Source: Mobula hypostoma (lineage: Eukaryota). Taken from it: a stretch of 64,000 bases of DNA. The notes under the pieces are model-generated. The model was not told where the DNA came from and did not search any database. It worked only from the letters and a program-made list of their open reading frames with translations. This document shows positions 24,018-36,212 of the stretch, piece by piece (position 1 is the first letter of the stretch; the number at the start of each line of letters is the position of its first letter). The position numbers and the translations under genes were made by a program. The stretch spans positions 137,580,001-137,644,000 of the forward strand of contig NC_086097.1 of NCBI RefSeq assembly GCF_963921235.1, written 5' to 3'.

Positions 24018-24596
24018 TAAATTGCAAGATAACATCATTAAGTGCAGCAGATGGAAACTACTTAGTAGGCAGACATCCTTCTAAAAGATTCCATCATTAA
24101 ATGTACTATATAATTATCAATTGTTGCTGGTGCCTAGGGGTTATAGGCATTTTTTGTAATTATACTGGATTTACTGTGGAAACCAAATTTACCATGAGTA
24201 GAAAAAGCCAATTGTGGTGACATAGGACTAGAAAGGGTAAAAAATAACTTATTTCATATACTAACCATAAAAGAAGCATCATGTAAAGGCCAGAAAGTCT
24301 CTTCTTTTTATAAATTAGTTGAAAAATTCATGATGGGCCAAAGCACAAGGAATAACTCTCTTACTGCTCAATGATGGAATATATTTTTAAAACCTTGAGT
24401 GCAACTTCAATTCACAACTTTCTGACTCTGAAGCAAACATCCTACCCACTGAACCTAAGGCTGGCACAACAGAGAAATGAATCAAAGTGAAAGTGAAATA
24501 CAATTGGAAAAAGTGAAATGTATTGTCCTGCAGAAATAACAAGAGGCAGATTTGTCATCAATGTAATAGGCTTATAAAAGATATAGATATTGTAAA

Positions 24597-27500
24597 TGTT
24601 ATGTTTTGTAACTCCAAAACATAAAAACTAATTGAAAGGAAAACAAGGGAGGCAGGAATACAAGTCTAACTTCACTTTTACTTTAAGTAAGGCACGTAAA
24701 TAAAGATTAAGTAAGATTGACATATGCCAATTGACATACATTAAGTAAGATTGACATATGCCAATCATGTATGATTACTGACATTCTACAGATTTTTAAA
24801 CAAAGAATGCTTAATCATATTACTTACAATAATACTCAAACTTCACTGAAATATCGAATATACAATATTCTTCCCTGCTGAGCTATAAACTCCAATCAAT
24901 ATAGAATGCATCTCACTGTTTTCTATATACTGTATATATACATCAATATATATGGAGTATGCTATATAATATAACTACAATCCACAGCATAGTAAATTTT
25001 GATTTGTCCCATTCAGGCCTAAAGGTTTAATTACTGTGGAGACTATCTTATTCTTGTAGGATAACATCTTTCCTGACAAAGGGTTCACTCAGCTTGGTGG
25101 GTGAGACTTGTTTCTGTGGGGCCTCCTCTGTGTTGGTTATAGAGTTGACTTTCAGGCTGCAAGAAGTGGTTCTGACAGCTCTGGATACCTTTCTTCTGGA
25201 CTTATTGCCATCCCGAACAGTGCATGGCAAGGTTCACTGGGTGATGTGGATCATAATGTGTGAGTACAATGTCTGATGTCACCATTTCCTTTACATTTTG
25301 GAAAGCCACCTCACACTGCTTCGTCCATTGCTGTTTCTTCCCAATCGGTAGTAATGAGTTCAAGTAGTGGAGCAGAGTAACCAGGTTTGGTAGGAATCTG
25401 TTATAGCAATTGACAAATCTTAAAAAGAACCGCAACTTCCTTTGGCCTTGGGGCATCCGCCACTGTTGGCCTTTCTCAGCACACTTGCGTAATCCTTGTG
25501 TGTCAATTGTGTGGCCACAGTAAGCGATGCTTGGTTTAAAAAAATTCACACTTGTAGCATCGAGCACTGTGCCCATGATCTTCTAGTCTTTTTAACACTT
25601 TCTTGAGATCTTGGAGATGTTCCTTGTCATCCTCACCAGTAACAATGATGTCATCCAGCTAACACTGAGTGCCTGGGCAGCCTTACAGCACCTGGTCCAT
25701 AGGTTTCTGCCAGAGTGCAGTGCACATGCTACTCCAAAAAATAAGCTTATTATATTGATAAGGCTCTGGTGGGAAACACTTTGGATTCTTCTTCCATCTC
25801 CATCTGCAAGTAGGCCTTTGCTAAGTCCACTTTGCTGAAGTATTTTCCTCCAGGAAGGTTTGCAAAGATATCTTCTATCTTGGTCAGGGGGTATTGATCT
25901 ACTTTCAGTACTGGGTTAATGGTGATCTTAAAATCACCACTGATCCTGACAGACCCATTCTTCTTGGCTACTGGAACCACTGGTGTTGCCCATGAGCTCC
26001 ACTCAACCTTGGAAAGAACTTCTTCAGCCTCCATGTGATCTAGCTCACTGACTACTTTATCATGGATGGTTTAAGGAACCAGACAGGATTTGCAAAGCTT
26101 GCTTGTGCCATTTTCATTTAATGCTATTTTACCCTTGGTATGTTTGAGTTTTCCAATACCATCCTTGAACACTGGTGATAGCACCTAGTATCTTTCTTAA
26201 TTTGCTTTCAGTTGACTCTGTTACTTGGGATGTGGCATGCAAATAGTGGATGGATTTCCCATTAAGTTGTAGTTGTCTCAGCCAATCACATCCCCACAAT
26301 GCTGGCCCTCCTGTTTTTACCGTTTATAAGCCCAATGTAGCTTGTTGGTTGTTGCATTTCACTGTTACAAATGTCCTTCCCACAGGAGTTATCTTTTCTC
26401 CAGTATAATTTCTCAGTTGGATATCTGCAGGCTTCCATTCAGTATCTTTGAAATGCCGTTCAAACTCATTTTGTGGCATGGCTGAAACAGCCGAGGCAGT
26501 GTCCAATTCCATTTTAATTAATTTTCTGTTCACTTCTGATGTAGGCCACATTGCTTGTCTATTTCTAGTTTTCACATTGTAAATCTCAATGCTACTGACA
26601 ATGCTGTGTCAGTCTCGTCATTATCAGGTTTTTTATCAACAGCATGCAAATTAGTGCTCTTTTTGAAAATGCAACTTGACTTTTTATCTTTTTCTCTTCC
26701 CTATTGCCGTCAATTTACTTTTGTTTGCCTGACATACTCTTTGTATGTGTCTTGCATTGTTATATTTTCTTCAAGTTTCGCCTTTAAACCTGCATTGGTC
26801 TGGTGTATGTGGAACCCTGTCACAACGGTAACATATATTTTTTGGCCAAACGGGTTTCTGTTTATATGTTGCAATTTTATTTATGCATGCTCAATTGTGT
26901 CTCTGTCTGCTGTACCCATTGATACAGCTATTTCAACTGCTCTTTTAAATGTGACTTGTGCTTCAGTTAGAAACTGTTTTTGAATGCTTTCTTGTAAGAT
27001 TCCACAAATTAAATGATCCCTCAGTGCGTCATTAAGCCTATCATTGATTTGACAATACTCAAACAACTTCTTCAATTCAGTCAAACACACTGAAATGGGA
27101 TCCTCTTCCTTTTGATTCCACTTATGAAATCTAAAGTGCCCTGCAATCAATAATAGTTTCATTTCAAAATGTTTTTGCATTACTTTCACAATATCAGCAA
27201 AGCTCATTTTAACTGTTTTGGTGGGAGCAGTCAAACATCTAAGCAAACTGTATGCCTTCAAATCTAATGCACTCAACAAAACTGGCACTTGCTTCTCGCA
27301 ACACACATAAAAGTTGCTGGTGAATGCAGCAGGCCAGGCAGCATCTCTAGGACTTGCTTCTCATTGGTTATTTCATTTGCTTCAAAATACAGCTCAATTC
27401 ACTCAGTATACATATTCCAGTTATCTGTTGTGCAATTGAACACGTCTATTTTTCCAATGTAGCCAGCCATTTCTGCTTTTTAAAAAAATTTATGATTATA

Positions 27501-27955
27501 ATCACCCAGTACTCACTGTTTATGAACCCATGCATTCGTCCATTTTCTGCCTTTTTTTATTTAACTTGAATGCCTTTCTCCTCTTGTGAGGAAAAACAGT
27601 GCTATGATACCTTTTTACACAACCATTTTTCATTGTGCTGATTTTGATTACTCGAACATCTCACTGCTTCAACAGGTAGGTAGTCATCTCAGGTTTGCTT
27701 AAAACTTATTTATCACCACTGTTATGTTTTGTAATTCCAAATCATGAAAACTAATTAAAAGGAAACCAAAGGAGCCAGGAATGTGAGCCTAACTTCATTT
27801 TCACTTTAAGCAAGGTGTGCACGTATGACGTGGCAGCGTGATGATGTATATCATTCACGTACTATTACCTAAAACCTTTAATGAATTATTTAAACAAATC
27901 AAACAATATGTTTACAATATTGCTCAAATATTACAGAAATATTAAAGACACACCA
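24597..27955 (-). mobile_element. Gypsy/Ty3 LTR retrotransposon, two LTRs, decayed, RNase H-integrase deleted
   Basis: Direct LTRs at 24597-24867 and 27720-27955 (tgttatgttttgtaa...). PBS-like TGG next to 27719, PPT-like tract near 24868-24880. Gag from ATG at 27470 (MAGYIGKID...LRDHLICG), protease LDTASAVS, RT WATPVVPVAKKNGSVRISGDFK and *LDDIIV. Confidence 0.93.
27298..27351 (-). mobile_element. 54-bp Penelope-like terminal fragment inserted in Gypsy gag with 11-bp TSD
   Basis: ACTTGCTTCTC at 27287-27297 and 27352-27362. The insert gcagcaggccaggcagcatct resembles the Penelope terminus. Confidence 0.8.
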
Positions 27956-28975
27956 ATAAGCTGGAGGAATGGGCAGATGGAAGATGGAATTTAACACTGT
28001 GAAACGTGATGTGTTATATTTTGGTAGGAAGACTGAGAAGGGGCAGTACAAGGCAGAGGACAATTCTAAGGGGATTCAAGAAAAAAAGAGATTTGGGGCT
28101 ATAAGTGCATATTTGTTGAAAATGGCAGGCTGAGAAAATGTTTCAAAATATGTTTGGGATCCTGGGCTTTATAATTAGAAGCACAGAATGCAAGAGCAAA
28201 GGGTCACAATAAACTGTCATAAACAATGTGTCAGCCGCAAATGTAGCTTCAGACTTGATCTGGTGCTGCACTGCAAAAAAGGCCTAAAGGCATTAGTGAG
28301 GATACAACAAAGATTTATCAAAATGGATGAACTGAAGAAAGAATGGGTTTGGAGACCTGATAAAGGAATTTAAAAACAGAATAAAGAGAGAGAAACAGCT
28401 CCTACCGGCAGAAAAGCCAAGGTTGGGGAGGCACGGTAGCATGGTGGTCAGCACAACGCTTTACAGTACGGACGGCCCCGGTTCAATTCTTGTCACCGTC
28501 TGTGAGGAGTTTGTACATTCCCCCCGTGACCGCGTGGGTTTCCTCCGGGTGCTCCGGTTTCCTCCCACAGTCCGGGTTAGTAAGTTAATTGGTCATTGTA
28601 AATTGTCCCGTGATCGAGCTCGGATTAAATTAGGGGAATGCTGGGTGGCGCGACTTGGAGGGCCGGAAGTGCCTATTCTGCACTGTGTCTGAATAAAATA
28701 AAGTCAGGAACCAGCAGACATAATGGTTCCTGACTGGAGAATGGAGAGTGACAAATGAACTAAAAAGTGTCATGTGGGAAATAAATGGAAACGTGTTGGT
28801 GTAGAATGCACTGCCAAGTGCAGGATCGGAGGCCGGTTCAATTGTAAGGTTCTGAAGGAAAGGATTGGCAGGGCTGAGATGCCAGAGGAGGGTGACTAGC
28901 TGGATCGTTCTTTCATAGAGAAGGTAGAATGACAATGGATCAAGCGGCCTCCTCCTGTGCTGTAATCATTGTGTG
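27956..28975 (+). mobile_element. Old CR1 3' part (continues the fragment left of the Gypsy at ~24560-24590)
   Basis: aagctggaggaatgggca (KLEEWA) continues gatatagat (DID). Ends cggcctcctcctgtgctgtaa. Confidence 0.7.
28425..28702 (+). mobile_element. V-SINE-type SINE, near full length
   Basis: A-box tagcatggtgg, B-box ggttcaattc, core ggagtttgtacattc...gggtttcctccgggtgctccggtttcctcccaca, and (AAAT)n tail. Confidence 0.85.
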
Positions 28976-29783
28976 GTTCATAAGACCACACTGGAATTTG
29001 ACTGACTAATGCATGTCGTTCTTTCATCACTAATATCTTGACATGGCAAGTGAAAGCGGCCCATGAATGTTTTTAAGTAGTGTTGCATCAGTATGATGTC
29101 ACCTTCATAAAAGAGTCAGATTAATAAAACCAGACACTTGACTGAAGTGTCAAACATCCTACAGGTCTAGAAACAGAATGAAAATGCTCAGGAAATCAGA
29201 GATTTATCTGTCATTGTTCAATGTGACTGGAGACCCTCTCAAAGATTTTCTTTTTAAGTCTCTGCTGAACTTGTTCTCAGTTTTGGGTCACAGGCACATT
29301 GAGAATAGTGAGAATTGACCTGATTTTCACTTAAACAGTTAGAGAATAGAACATACCATGCACTATCATTAAGGGCATGCCAAGGCCAAATATACCACAA
29401 ACGTCTTACCTACACAGCACAAGGGTTAATTAATATTATGCTGACAAATCCTGAAAGTTAGTATGAGACAGATTGTAAAAGTATAAGGGATTAGAGGAGT
29501 AGGTCATATAGGTCATAAAAACTACTCTGAGAATCGGGTTAATTTCATCCATCTCTCAACCAACACCACCAAATTATCCAGTCATTTCCATACTGCGATT
29601 TTGGATCTCACAGTTATTCCTGTGCTGCACCAATAATTCAAAAGGCACCTTATTGGCCGTAAACTGCTTTGGGCTCCAGAGTCATGAAAGTTGGAACAGA
29701 AACAATTTTTTGTTGTTGTTGTTTCTGAGTAAGATAATAATTAACTCTCAACCACAAGGCCATTTTACAGCCATTTTTCTATA

Positions 29784-31336
29784 CAGGTGTTCCCCGCTTT
29801 TCGAACATTCGCTTTATGAAACCTCACTGTTATGAAAGACCTACATTAGTACCCTATTTTCACTTTCAGAAGGTGTTTTCACTGTTACGAAAAAAAAATT
29901 CAGCGTGTGATAAAAAATCAGCGATCGATAAAAGGCAGCGGCCCCGAGCAGCCGCTCTCCCCCGGATTCGGAACTGCTTTGCTTTAACACGTGCCTGTGA
30001 GCAGCCGTTTGCAAGGTGAGTTCTATGGTATCGGAAAAGCCTGAAAGAGCTCGTAAGGGTGTTACACTTACGGTAAAACTAGACATAATTAAGCGTTTTG
30101 ATTGTGGTGAACGAAGTAAGGACAACGTGAGTTTGGCTTGTGGAAGCTGACGAACATGATGTTGAAGAGGTTTTGGCATCCCATCACCAAGAACTGACAG
30201 ATGAAGAGCTGATGCATTTGGAAGAAAAAAGGATAACAATCGAAACCGAATGAGTAATGATAAAGAACGACTTTAATTTTGAAAGGGTACGTCGGTTTAA
30301 GGGATATTTGCAGGATGGTTTGAGTCCTTATTAAAGAACTGTGTGATAGAAAAATGCAGGAGGCTCAGCGGTCAAGCAAGCCTTCCACATCAACCACAGC
30401 AGACGATGAACCACAACCTTCGACATCAAGGCGGGCAGTCATAGGAGAAGATGAGCTGCCTGCTCTAATGGAAACAGGCGACAAGATGACACCCCAGTGT
30501 CCCACCACCCCAACCCCCAGGCCACGGACAGATACCAATTCACGGAGAATGCAAAGGTAGCCAGGAGGCACACAGCACATCTTTAAGAAAAAAGCCGAAA
30601 TAAACATGCTAATTAATTAGGTGCTGCCGACACGTAATTGTCGGCCCAGATCAGAGACAACGCAATCAGAAATCGGCACTGATCTGGGCCGACAATTACG
30701 AGCGGCACCTAATTAATTAGCATGTTTGTTTCGGCTTTTTTCTTAAAGATGTGCTGTGTGCCTCCCAGCTACCGCTGGACCCCTGCGTTCTTCGCAGCAA
30801 TGTATCTCTCAGCGGCCTGGAGGGTGGGGGCCACTGCACCACCCCAGCCTGCGATGACTCAGTCTAACACACCATCATCAGTGTGCTCTGCGCTGTCCTG
30901 ATTTCCGTAAGTGATACTACACTGTACATACATTATTTCTACTTTATATAGGCTGTGTATTTTTACATGTTATTTGGTATGATTTGGCAGCTTCATAGTT
31001 AAAAGATTACTGGAGAGCGCTTGCGCAGTGTTTTTGCCAACTGCGCTTGCGTGAGATTTTCGCTACGGAGATCTGTGCCGGCAATGATTGTGGAAAAGTA
31101 TTTCTACTTTATATAGGCTGTGTATTTATCATATCATTCCTGCTTTTACCACATGTTACTGTTATTTTAGGTTTTATGTGTTACTTAGCATGATTTGGTA
31201 GGTTATTTTTGGGTCTGCGAATGCTTACAAAATTTTCCCATATAAATAAATGGTAATTGCTTCTTCGTTTTACGACATTTCGGCTTACGAACCGTTTCAT
31301 AGGAACGCTCTCCCTTCGGATGGTGGGGGAAACCTG
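29784..31336 (+). mobile_element. Internally deleted Tigger/pogo DNA transposon
   Basis: TA|caggtgttcccc...gggggaaacctg|TA. CENP-B-type N-terminus RKGVTLTVKLDIIKRFDCGER is fused to C-terminal DVEEVLASHHQELTDEEL. No DDE domain. Confidence 0.9.
30556..30773. repeat. Long imperfect palindrome (arms 30556-30654 and 30679-30773)
   Basis: ggaggcacacagcacatctttaagaaaaaagccgaaa...gtcggcccagatcag is mirrored by ctgatctgggccgac...tttcggcttttttcttaaagatgtgctgtgtgcctcc. Confidence 0.95.
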
Positions 31337-34300
31337 TATTCTTTGATTATCTTGCTGGGCAATAATCTATTTATCTTAGCCTTGAACGTGCCCGGTGACT
31401 GAGCATCCAAGGCCCTGAGGTTGAGGATTTCAAGTTTTATAATTCTCTGAGAGAAGAATGTCCTCATCTCAGTCAAAAAGCTGATCACCAATGTTGTGAT
31501 AGTGATCTAAACCAAGGTAAATTGCAACTCAGAATTTGCCCATATAACATCCTCTCAGAATTTTATATATGTGTAACTTAACTGAATATCAGCCCATCCT
31601 ACTAAGAGCTAATCACAGGAATATATTCGGTGAATATTCTTGGTGATCCCCCCCCCCACCCCGTGTTATGTTCTGGTGGGTTTGGGGTGTCAGTGGTGGG
31701 AAGATGCGTTCCTAGAAAATGGTCTGTAATGCAAAGCTGCATCATTTGCAAGTGTCAAGGAACACGAGCTGAAAAGATATTGAGTGGTTAAGAGGAAATT
31801 TTTACTTGTATCCCAGACTTTTTGGTAGTGACTTGTGAATTCTGTAAAGGTGAATTTCCATTACCCAAACTGCACTAACCCAGATTTCACCTGTATATCC
31901 TTCCTGGGTAAGTGGAAAATTAAATGTACACTTTATGTTATCTAAACTGTAATTGCAGCAAGACTTACTTATTCTTGAACCTTGACGTCTTTGTGTTAAG
32001 ACTAACATGTCTTTCCTAATTATTTGTTGGAATTAAAATGTTGTAGGGGAAAGAAGATGCAAGATTTGTGGTAAATTCCATCTGGCAAGAATATCAAGCA
32101 CATATTATTAGAGCTATTGAAGACTGGTGCATGGAGGTCTGATTAGTTGACCTTTGTCTAATGACTCTGTTAGGCTGAGTAGCTCATTGTCAGACAAACT
32201 CCTTTCTCCTGGTTAGCCATTTGTCCTTGGCTTGTTCATTGTTTCCATTTTCCTCGTACCCGGATGATGGTTGTCACATTTTCCACACAAATACCTGAAT
32301 CACCCACGTGTAGAAAACTATGGACCTAAAACCCAAAGTGGTAAATGAGATTAGTGTAGCAAGCTACAACACTGTAATTGGCCACGGCTGCGGGGTTAAA
32401 AGGTATTAGTTTACCTCCTGCTATTCTCCTCGGCATCTGAAACTCAGTAAAATGAAGAATTGCTCACTTATTATTACTCAGAAGACCATTCAGCCTATTG
32501 AGTTTATGCCACCTCCTTCAATCCCATTTCCATGTATCCCTGGTACACAGTCCCCAGTCCAGAGCTAAAGCATTAACCATCCATTTTCCTCCACAAATCC
32601 ACTGAGAGCCTTGAAATCATTTTCCTTTTTGCTCAGCTATTCTCTCTCCCATGCCCATTACCTCCACTTGGATTCTTTATTGCCAATTAGCTAAAGGGTG
32701 AGTTCCAACAACCAGTTAACCGACCTGCACAATTTTGGGATGCTGGAGGAAATTGTAGCACCTGGGGAAAACAGAAGACAACATGAAAGCTCCTGAAAGA
32801 CAGTACCCGTGGTTGGGGTTGACGTGGGTCACAGGAGATGAAGCTGCAGCACTACCCATGCATCCTTTATTTGGGTAAAAAAAAAGTTATTCCGAAATAC
32901 TGACCGAATACATTATAGTCTTATTGATATTTATGATCCTTAGTTTGTTAATTCTGGACTCTTCACAAGCAAGTGAATCTGTCTGTGACCAACGTTAACC
33001 ACATTCATTATCTCAAAAGTCTCTATCGGGTCACTTGTTGTCTGCCTCTTTTTTAGAGAGAGAAGAGCAAATCAAGTTTACACTTGCCCGGCAAGCATGT
33101 CCCGTACTAGGGTATCGTCTCATAAATCTTTTACAAAATTGAAGACTGAATATTTTGACAGGTTTGTGCCCCATATTTTAGGTTTAATCTCACTTCCTGC
33201 CACACCTCTCTCTTTTCAACAGTTGTCTCTGTTGATCAGCAAATGATCTCGACATTAAGCTGGAGAAGAAAGCCTGGTACCTGAATCTGAATGCTCATCA
33301 CGGAGGACACTGAAAGGAAAGCCCACTCCTCGTGTAGCATGCAGGCTTGATGGTGGAGCCTGTTTGCAGATCCATTATGCTCCATGCTTATGGAGACACG
33401 CCTTGGCCCAAAACATAGACTCTTCATTTCGCTCCATAGATGCTGCCTGACCTGCTGAGTTCCTCTGCACTTTGAGCAGGCTGCACTGTTCTTTTGGGTC
33501 ATTGTGTGTGTACTCACTGGATGAATGCTTGGAAAAATCTAGAATTGTTTCAGCTTGGGTCCAAGGGAAGAATTACTGATTCATTTGCAAGTTCCTTCCA
33601 CATCACTGTAGCCCTCCTTCAGACAAATTCAGTTGTACGGTGTTAGGAAGAAGTATCACCCTTTCATTTGCACATAAGGATAGTGTTCCAGGCCTTAGCT
33701 GCTCTTTTCAAGATAGCTCTCGTACTGTGACTCTTCACTGAAAAGTCACAGGTTTAAAAGCCACAACAAAGAAGGTGACTGTTTCTTTTGATATGATTGC
33801 CCTGCGGCAGTCAAGGGGGTGTTCAATGTCCTCATGAAGAAATGCAGCACCATCACATACTCTGGCCCATGACTTGTCAAGCTGGAGAAGGAGTAGTTCA
33901 GATATCACAGGAAAAATAGTAGCGGAAGAAAGCCACCTGGTCCCTCCAGCCTGCCGCACCATTCAATATGTTCATGATTGATCTGCTGTGGGCTTCAGCT
34001 CCTCTTCTCCATTGCCCTCAATTCCCCGATTTTTCCAGAATCTGCTTACCTACTCTTTAACAACATCAATGATCTGGTCCTCATAATCCCCTTCGGTGGA
34101 AAATTACAGAGGTTCACCAACACTTGTAAGAAGAAATGATCATGAACCTCAGTTTTAAATGACTGCCTTCTCCCCCTTTTCCATTAGTGAAAACATTTCC
34201 TCATCTACCCCGTCATACCTGTCTAATGCTTCAATAGATTCCCTCTCATTTTTCTAAACTCCAAATACAGATCCTGTTTCTTTAGCCATTCCCAGCAGGG

Positions 34301-34421
34301 CAACTCTCTCATCCCATGAATTCTCCAAGTGAATCACTTCTGGACTGCTTCCAATGCTAGTATATCCTTTCTTCATTATGGGGGCTAGAACAATACACAG
34401 TACTCTGGATGTGCTCCACGA

Positions 34422-34855
34422 CCTGGTTTAGAGAGTATGCATTATGATCAGAGATTAAGGGACCTAGGGCTTTACTCTTTGGAGAGGAGGAGGATGAGAG
34501 GAGACATGATAGAGGTATACAAGATATTAAGAGGAATAGATAGAGTGGATAGCCAGCACCTCTTCCCCAGGGCACCACTGCTCAATACAAGAGGACATGG
34601 CTTTAAGGTAAGGGGTGGGAAGTTCTAAGGGGATATTAGAGGAAGGTTTTTTATTCAGAGAGTGGCTGGTGCGTAGAATGCACTGCCTGAGTCATTGGTG
34701 GAGGCAGATACACTAGTGGAATTTAAAAGACTACTAGACAGGTATATGGAGGAATTTAAGGTGGGGGGTTATATAGGAGGCAGGGTTTGAGGGTTGGCAC
34801 AACATTGTGGGTCGAAGGGCCTGTACTGCACTGTACTATTCTATGTTCTATGTTC
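34422..34855 (+). mobile_element. Younger CR1 3' fragment
   Basis: RLRDLGLYSLERRRMRGDMIEVYKI...TRGH. Tail ttctatgttctatgttc. Confidence 0.92.
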
Positions 34856-35056
34856 AACATGTTGACATCGTGTGGAGGCTTGCATGCTTCAAGGACTCTA
34901 TCAGGCGATGTCAATTCAAGGCCACCCACATTGGGACAGCTTTGGACGAGATCCCAGATGCAGATTGATCCAAACCTGGCTCCAGAATGGACTGACTTGG
35001 GTCTGCCCCTCCTGGGCCATGCCATAGAAAACAACAACAACAACAACAACAACAAC
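34856..35056 (+). mobile_element. RTE-derived short element with (AAC)n tail
   Basis: gtggaggcttgcatgcttcaa...ggccaccca resembles the RTE 5' motif at 18720. (AAC)n tail at ~35029-35056. Confidence 0.6.
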
Positions 35057-35642
35057 AGTACTCCAGGTGGGATCTCACCAGCATCCCGTGCTTTTGTAAC
35101 AATGGTTTCCTAGCTCTCTACTCCAACCCCTAAGCAATAAAAGTCAATATGTATTTTCCTTCAAACTATTCACTGTGCACACTGCTAGCTTTTTGCTATT
35201 CATGCACAAGAACATCTTGATCTGTCTATACTCCACTCATTTGCAACTTTCCTCCATTTGGATAAGTCTGCCCTCCCAAAGGGATGACACGGTGAACCTT
35301 GAGGTCGTACATGTGAAGGAAAATGCCCTGTTTAAGTGGAAGAAGGTATAGACCTCCTCACAATCTACCCAACTACCCACCCTATTAGTCACCATCTGCC
35401 CATCAAGGGTCTAATGCTGCCACATTATCCACCACAAACCAGAAATGAATCATCTTTCATCCCAAAAAATTGCCCAGAAAATCTTGTCAAACAGAGACGC
35501 AAGATTCTGCAGATGCTGTTGGTGATGTTCAGTCTGGGGAACTGGAGCACTTAACCTCAGCATTGGTGATGTAGGCAGGAACATGTGAACTTGTAATGAA
35601 TTTCTGAAGCAATGCTGTGCATAGCTCAGCCACTTTGATATA

Positions 35643-36212
35643 CACTCAGTGCCCACTTTATTAGGTACACCTACATTAGGGTTGTTAATGCAGATATTTA
35701 ATCAGCCAATCATGTGCCAGCAACTTAATGCTTAAAAGCACACAGACATGGTCAAGAGGTTCGGTTTTTGTTCGCACCAAACATCAGAATTGGGAAGAAA
35801 TGTGATCTAACAGACTTTGACCATGGAATGACTGTTGGTGCCAAACAGGGTCGTTTGAGTATCACAAAACTGCTGATCTCCTGGGATCTTCACACACAAC
35901 TGTCTCTAGCATTTAGAGAACTGTATGAAAAACAAAAAAAAAAAATCAGTGAGTGGCAGCTCTGTGGGTAAAAATACCTTGTTAATGAGAGAGGTCAGAG
36001 GAGAATGGCCAGAATGGTTCAAGCTGGCAGGAAGGCAACAGTAACTCAGATAACCTCACATTACAATAGTGCCGAAGAGCATCTCTGAATGCACAAAACT
36101 TTGAACCTTGAAGTGGATGAGGTATGGCAGCAGGAGACCACAAACCTACAGAAAAACACTCAGTAGCTACTTTATTAGGCACAGGAATTAGCTATAAAGT
36201 GGCCACTGAACG
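35643..36212 (+). mobile_element. Non-autonomous Tc1-like element
   Basis: TA|cactcagtgcccactttatt ... taaagtggccactgaacg|TA. Transposase N-terminus GKKCDLTDFDHGMTVGA. Confidence 0.9.

Larger units (their letters stand above)
33890..35290 (-). mobile_element. Old CR1 3' part hosting nested insertions at 34406-35054
   Basis: Antisense CR1 tail at ~33900-33980. The antisense HLEYC region is duplicated as ACAGTACTC around the insert. Confidence 0.7.

Noticed and set aside
28425..28500. tRNA gene
   Set aside because: A and B boxes are present but run straight into a V-SINE core with no cloverleaf or T-run terminator; this is a SINE head.
34756..35113. Poly-Asn, poly-Cys and poly-Leu ORFs
   Set aside because: Translations of an (AAC)n retroposon tail.
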